Source of the DNA: Candidatus Uhrbacteria bacterium
GTDB taxonomy: Bacteria; Patescibacteriota; Patescibacteriia; UBA9934
DNA length: 64,000 nt
Assembly (NCBI GenBank): GCA_018673485.1
Contig: JABHCP010000011.1
Coordinates: forward strand, 5,417-69,416
Direction: 5' to 3'
The notes below the pieces were generated by a model. The model was not told the DNA's origin. It saw only the letters and a list, made by a program, of their open reading frames with translations, and searched no databases. Within the stretch, counting starts at the first letter, position 1; every line of letters begins with the position of its first letter. Shown piece after piece: positions 60,515 through 64,000 of the stretch. The position numbers and the translations under genes are program-made.

Positions 60515-60898
60515 CTATGCCAAGAATCCAAGGTACCCAAGTACCAATCCAATGATTAAAACAATAAATGACGATGCGAATAATGCACCACCGGTTTTCA
60601 TCATGCTCTTTGCAAAATTAGTAAACACTTTTGGAATAAGCAACCAAAAAGCTCCTTTAAGAAGAGTTATCCAACCAATTACAGTGATAATTACTGGCCA
60701 CCCTTCCCAAATATTATGAGATACTACCATAGCTGCACCAAGCAATAGCGCCCAGATAGCAATAGAGAACACAGCAGTGGAATTTTTTATCATCCCATCG
60801 ACTACCTTACCCATGGTTTTAGCATTGAACATCATCCCAAAACCAAATACTACAAAGTAAATTGCGAACACCTTAGCGAAAAATATTGATAATTCCAT
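60515..60898 (-). CDS. small multi-pass membrane protein (ORF opens 61003)
   Basis: hydrophobic helices. Confidence 0.45.
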   Translation of the reverse strand: MELSIFFAKVFAIYFVVFGFGMMFNAKTMGKVVDGMIKNSTAVFSIAIWALLLGAAMVVSHNIWEGWPVIITVIGWITLLKGAFWLLIPKVFTNFAKSMMKTGGALFASSFIVLIIGLVLGYLGFLA

Positions 60899-60947
60899 AT
60901 TATAATTTATAGCAGAAAAGGACCCGTTAAGGCCCTTCTCATTTTTC

Positions 60948-61424
60948 TTATCTAACCAAGCTAATTGCAGCTCCGCCCTCTGGGTCACAAGCTCCAACCT
61001 CAATTGTACCGTTTGTTCCCTTCATCAGATAATAATCTGTTAGAAGTGCGGTACCTGTACTTGGGTCTAGAGGAACCGACCCAAGATATCCTTCAGTGAC
61101 TAACGCTGACAGATCAACACATGCATTCTGTGTAGTTTGCGCTGTACATCCAACGTTACATCCCGTTGCCCCGTTTGTTCCGATCGTGTAGTACAGATCA
61201 TCAGTAAGTGCAACAACTGATGCAACGTATGCTCCACCATTGTCAACCTGGTCGGTAACAACTGCAGTTAGTACATTGTTTAGATCATTGAACCGTCGTG
61301 CATCACGAGCTTCTTGGAACCGAGTCACAGGATCCAAAGCTACGAAAATAGCTGCTGCTAAAATTGCAATAACTGCAATTACGATCAGCAATTCAATCTA
61401 AGTAAAACCTTTTTGGTTTTTCAT
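60948..61424 (-). pseudogene. type IV pilin with in-frame TAG at codon 9 of the prepilin leader (MKNQKGFT*IELLIVIAVIAIL)
   Basis: reverse complement atgaaaaaccaaaaaggttttactTAGattgaattgctgatc; TAG occupies the invariant Leu of GFTLIEL. Confidence 0.6.
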
Positions 61425-61507
61425 ATTTTGAAAAGAAAATTATTAAGTGTTTTGAGTATATCATTTGTACAAGCTATTGTGTATAATGTTATTAAGGTTT
61501 TCCACAT

Positions 61508-62815
61508 ATGTTTTCAAAAAAGGAGGATTCGAAAAAAACCAATGATGCCGTAGGGTCAAAAAAGAACGTTCCAATAATCGGGACTTCTGATTTGGAAAAG
61601 ATGATCAAGGCAGCCGGAACAAAGACAGCGCGAGAAACGCTGGTTATTGAGTTTATGGATGCACTCATGCTCTATGCAAATCAAAACAGAGCGTCGGATG
61701 TTCACCTAGAACCAAAGCGTGAAGGTATGGCGATAGTTAGATTGCGAGTGGATGGAATGCTCCGAGATGAATTTGAAATTCCGTATTCACTGCACAGCCA
61801 GTCTGTTGCGCGATTAAAGATCATGACCAACATGCGCTCGGACGAACATCGCGCACCGCAAGATGGACGATTTTCGTTTAAAACACAAGTTGAAACTGTC
61901 GACGTGCGCGCATCGATAATAGCAACCGTATATGGTGAGAAAGTTGTACTTCGACTCCTCTCAGGCGCAACACACGGACTCACACTTGAAGACTTAGGAT
62001 TTTCTGAAACCGACCTGCAAAGATTACGCGCGCAAATCAAGAAGCCGTGGGGAATGATTTTGGCGACTGGTCCAACTGGATCTGGAAAGACAACATCAAT
62101 TTACGCAGTGCTTGAGGAGCTAAACAGGCGAGAAGTAAACATATCCACAATCGAGGATCCGGTCGAATTCAAATTAGGAGACGTAAACCAAAGCCAAGTA
62201 GATAGACCAGCTGAGTTTACATTCGCGACAGGACTGCGCTCTCTTTTACGACAAGACCCGGATATTATTATGGTGGGTGAGATTCGTGACAAAGAAACTG
62301 CAAAAATAGCTGTAAACGCCGCACTTACTGGACATAAAATGTTATCCACACTGCACACCAACGACGCGCCAACAACAATCCCACGTCTTATGGATATGGG
62401 TGTTGAGCCGTATTTGGTTGCATCGACCTTTAATTGTGCTGTAGGCCAACGTCTTATGCGTCGAGTTTGTGAAAAATGCGCAAAAGAGATTTCTTTAACT
62501 AAAGCTGAAGCTGTCAAAAAATTGCCCGAAGCTACAGTCAAGTTAGTATTCAAAGACAAGGATAGCATCGAGATAATGGAAGCTGTAGGGTGTGAAGCTT
62601 GTGGAAAAAGTGGATATCACGGACGAATAGGAATATATGAAGTGCTGGTCAATACACTGGAAATGCAAAGTCTTATCGCTCAACGTGCTGAAAGCACTGT
62701 AATTCGTGAAAAAGCAATCCAGCAGGGAATGACAACCATGGAAGAAGATGGGGCGCGAAAGCTACTACAAAAAGTTTCAACACTTGATGAATTCATGAGA
62801 GTTTTGCATGAGTAA
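61508..62815 (+). CDS. pilB: type IV pilus assembly ATPase, PilB/GspE family (short form)
   Basis: Walker A GPTGSGKTT, Asp/His boxes, C-terminal CxxC...CxxC. Confidence 0.85.
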   Translation: MFSKKEDSKKTNDAVGSKKNVPIIGTSDLEKMIKAAGTKTARETLVIEFMDALMLYANQNRASDVHLEPKREGMAIVRLRVDGMLRDEFEIPYSLHSQSVARLKIMTNMRSDEHRAPQDGRFSFKTQVETVDVRASIIATVYGEKVVLRLLSGATHGLTLEDLGFSETDLQRLRAQIKKPWGMILATGPTGSGKTTSIYAVLEELNRREVNISTIEDPVEFKLGDVNQSQVDRPAEFTFATGLRSLLRQDPDIIMVGEIRDKETAKIAVNAALTGHKMLSTLHTNDAPTTIPRLMDMGVEPYLVASTFNCAVGQRLMRRVCEKCAKEISLTKAEAVKKLPEATVKLVFKDKDSIEIMEAVGCEACGKSGYHGRIGIYEVLVNTLEMQSLIAQRAESTVIREKAIQQGMTTMEEDGARKLLQKVSTLDEFMRVLHE

Positions 62816-63959
62816 AGAAAAATCTCCTAAAATAAAAAAAGAAAAGGTGGAATCAAAATCTACCGATTCCTCTGAACAGGTACCGATAAAAAAGAAAGTC
62901 TCGCTTTCAACAAGGCTCAATGTAAGATTGGGCTCAAAAGAAAAAGTACTTTTTGTAAAGTACATGTCTGTATTACTTGAATCAGGCCTGCCGCTTGATC
63001 AAGCTTTAGACATTTTACTCACCCAATCAAAAGGACCACTCAAAAAAATCTTAGAATCCGTATCAGTAGAGATTCAAAATGGAAAGCAATTAGCTGACGG
63101 TCTTGAGCACTATCCACACATTTTCTCAGAGGTATTCATTAACTTGATTCGTGCTGGTGAAAATACTGGAACACTTAAAGAAAACTTAGCGTACTTGGCC
63201 GAACAAGCACAAAAACAATACGACTTAAAGCAAAGTATCCGCGGCTCAATGATGTACCCAATCATTGTCTTACTCGGTGGCGCGATTGTGAGTGTATTTA
63301 TCATCGTATTCATTTTCCCAAATATCGTAGCCTTGTTTGACACATTAGATGTTGAGCTTCCGTTTGCCACAAAGGTACTACTTTGGATAGCAGATGTATT
63401 TGAAAACTATCCATTGCATTTAATCGCTGGAATTATACTTGCAATAGCTCTATTTATCATTGCTAGAAAAATTAGAACTACTAGATACATTTTAGATGCA
63501 ATGTTTCTTCGTGTTCCGATCGTTGGACGAATACTGCGCGACAGCACACTGTCAAATGTGTTCAGACTACTGGGCACACTACTCGAAAGTGGAATGCCTT
63601 TGAAGAAATCCATCAAGGTCACGCGTTCGACAGCGAATAATATGGTTTTTCAGAAAATGTTTGACGACCTAGAAGACCAAGTTAATCAAGGTGGGGAACT
63701 AGTCACCGTATTGCGCAAGTATGACCATATTGTTCCACTCATGTCAGTGCGGCTTATCCACGTTGGCGCACAAACTGGTAAGCTCGAACACATGCTTTTG
63801 TATCTAGCAAATTTTTACAGCAAGGAAGTAGACGAACTATCAAAGAAGATCTCTGTAGTCATCGAGCCGATACTAATCATTGGAATAGGTTTCATGATTG
63901 GATTTTTGGCATTCGCGATCATAACACCTATTTATCAAGTAATAACTAGCGTTGGGTAA
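62808..63959 (+). CDS. pilC: type IV pilus platform protein, PilC/GspF family
   Basis: duplicated GspF domain, 3 TM, overlaps pilB stop. Confidence 0.8.
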   Translation: MSKEKSPKIKKEKVESKSTDSSEQVPIKKKVSLSTRLNVRLGSKEKVLFVKYMSVLLESGLPLDQALDILLTQSKGPLKKILESVSVEIQNGKQLADGLEHYPHIFSEVFINLIRAGENTGTLKENLAYLAEQAQKQYDLKQSIRGSMMYPIIVLLGGAIVSVFIIVFIFPNIVALFDTLDVELPFATKVLLWIADVFENYPLHLIAGIILAIALFIIARKIRTTRYILDAMFLRVPIVGRILRDSTLSNVFRLLGTLLESGMPLKKSIKVTRSTANNMVFQKMFDDLEDQVNQGGELVTVLRKYDHIVPLMSVRLIHVGAQTGKLEHMLLYLANFYSKEVDELSKKISVVIEPILIIGIGFMIGFLAFAIITPIYQVITSVG

Positions 63960-64000
63960 TGAAAAAACCAGGATTTACATTTCTTGAAATTTTAGTAGTC
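63959..64000 (+). CDS. type IV pilin, N-terminal fragment (continues beyond window)
   Basis: MKKPGFTFLEILVV prepilin leader; ATG overlaps pilC stop (TAATG). Confidence 0.6.
   Translation, partial: MKKPGFTFLEILVV

Noticed and set aside
60330-60719. ORF 60330-60719 (129 aa) and ORFs 22163-22393, 22522-22911, 10966-11091
   Set aside because: These are translations of GC-rich repeat elements or overlap better-supported genes (lgt, a membrane protein). The start of 10966 lies inside element B upstream of a clear promoter and RBS.

Overview
The 64-kb window is AT-rich and looks like a small streamlined bacterial genome, plausibly a CPR/Saccharibacteria-type organism. That inference rests on type IV pilus genes at both window edges, lysine-rich sigma-70 and histone-H1-like tails, a nucleoside-salvage bias (udk, deoD), and many leaderless/extended -10 promoters. 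Core genes are recJ (C-terminal part), rnhA, pilM, a pilin, pilD, ligA, gatCA, a DsbA-like protein, udk, NUDIX, an M20 peptidase, a Ca/Na antiporter, dnaG, rpoD, a Trx-CcdA fusion, lgt, two ABC-F ATPases, an IMPACT/YigZ protein, an ATP-grasp protein, truB, greA, an AhpD-like protein, pilB and pilC. There are two tRNAs, Ser-GGA and Asn-GUU. A roughly 9-20 kb accessory island begins at tRNA-Asn. It carries a large serine recombinase overlapping the tRNA 3' end, a Type II R-M pair with an excisionase-type HTH, a Rep_trans-like protein and a Cas4-like/DUF2779 nuclease. It then carries a run of unrelated hypothetical genes, each behind a shared upstream module. The most unusual features are several families of GC-rich structured repeats: (i) R1-R4, of which two copies bracket a DUF559 endonuclease gene, two are inserted in-frame inside lgt, and R2 supplies lgt's C-terminal tail and stop codon; (ii) at least six perfect 28-46 bp palindromes centred on CGATCG; (iii) three 130-150 bp A-run/stem...stem/T-run structured elements; (iv) a 240-nt GC-rich structured segment that may be an ncRNA. 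Three GC-rich (foreign-composition) genes each sit behind a consensus-type promoter. One pilin gene has an in-frame TAG inside its prepilin leader. Coordinates of short elements were read by eye, so +/- a few nt is possible.
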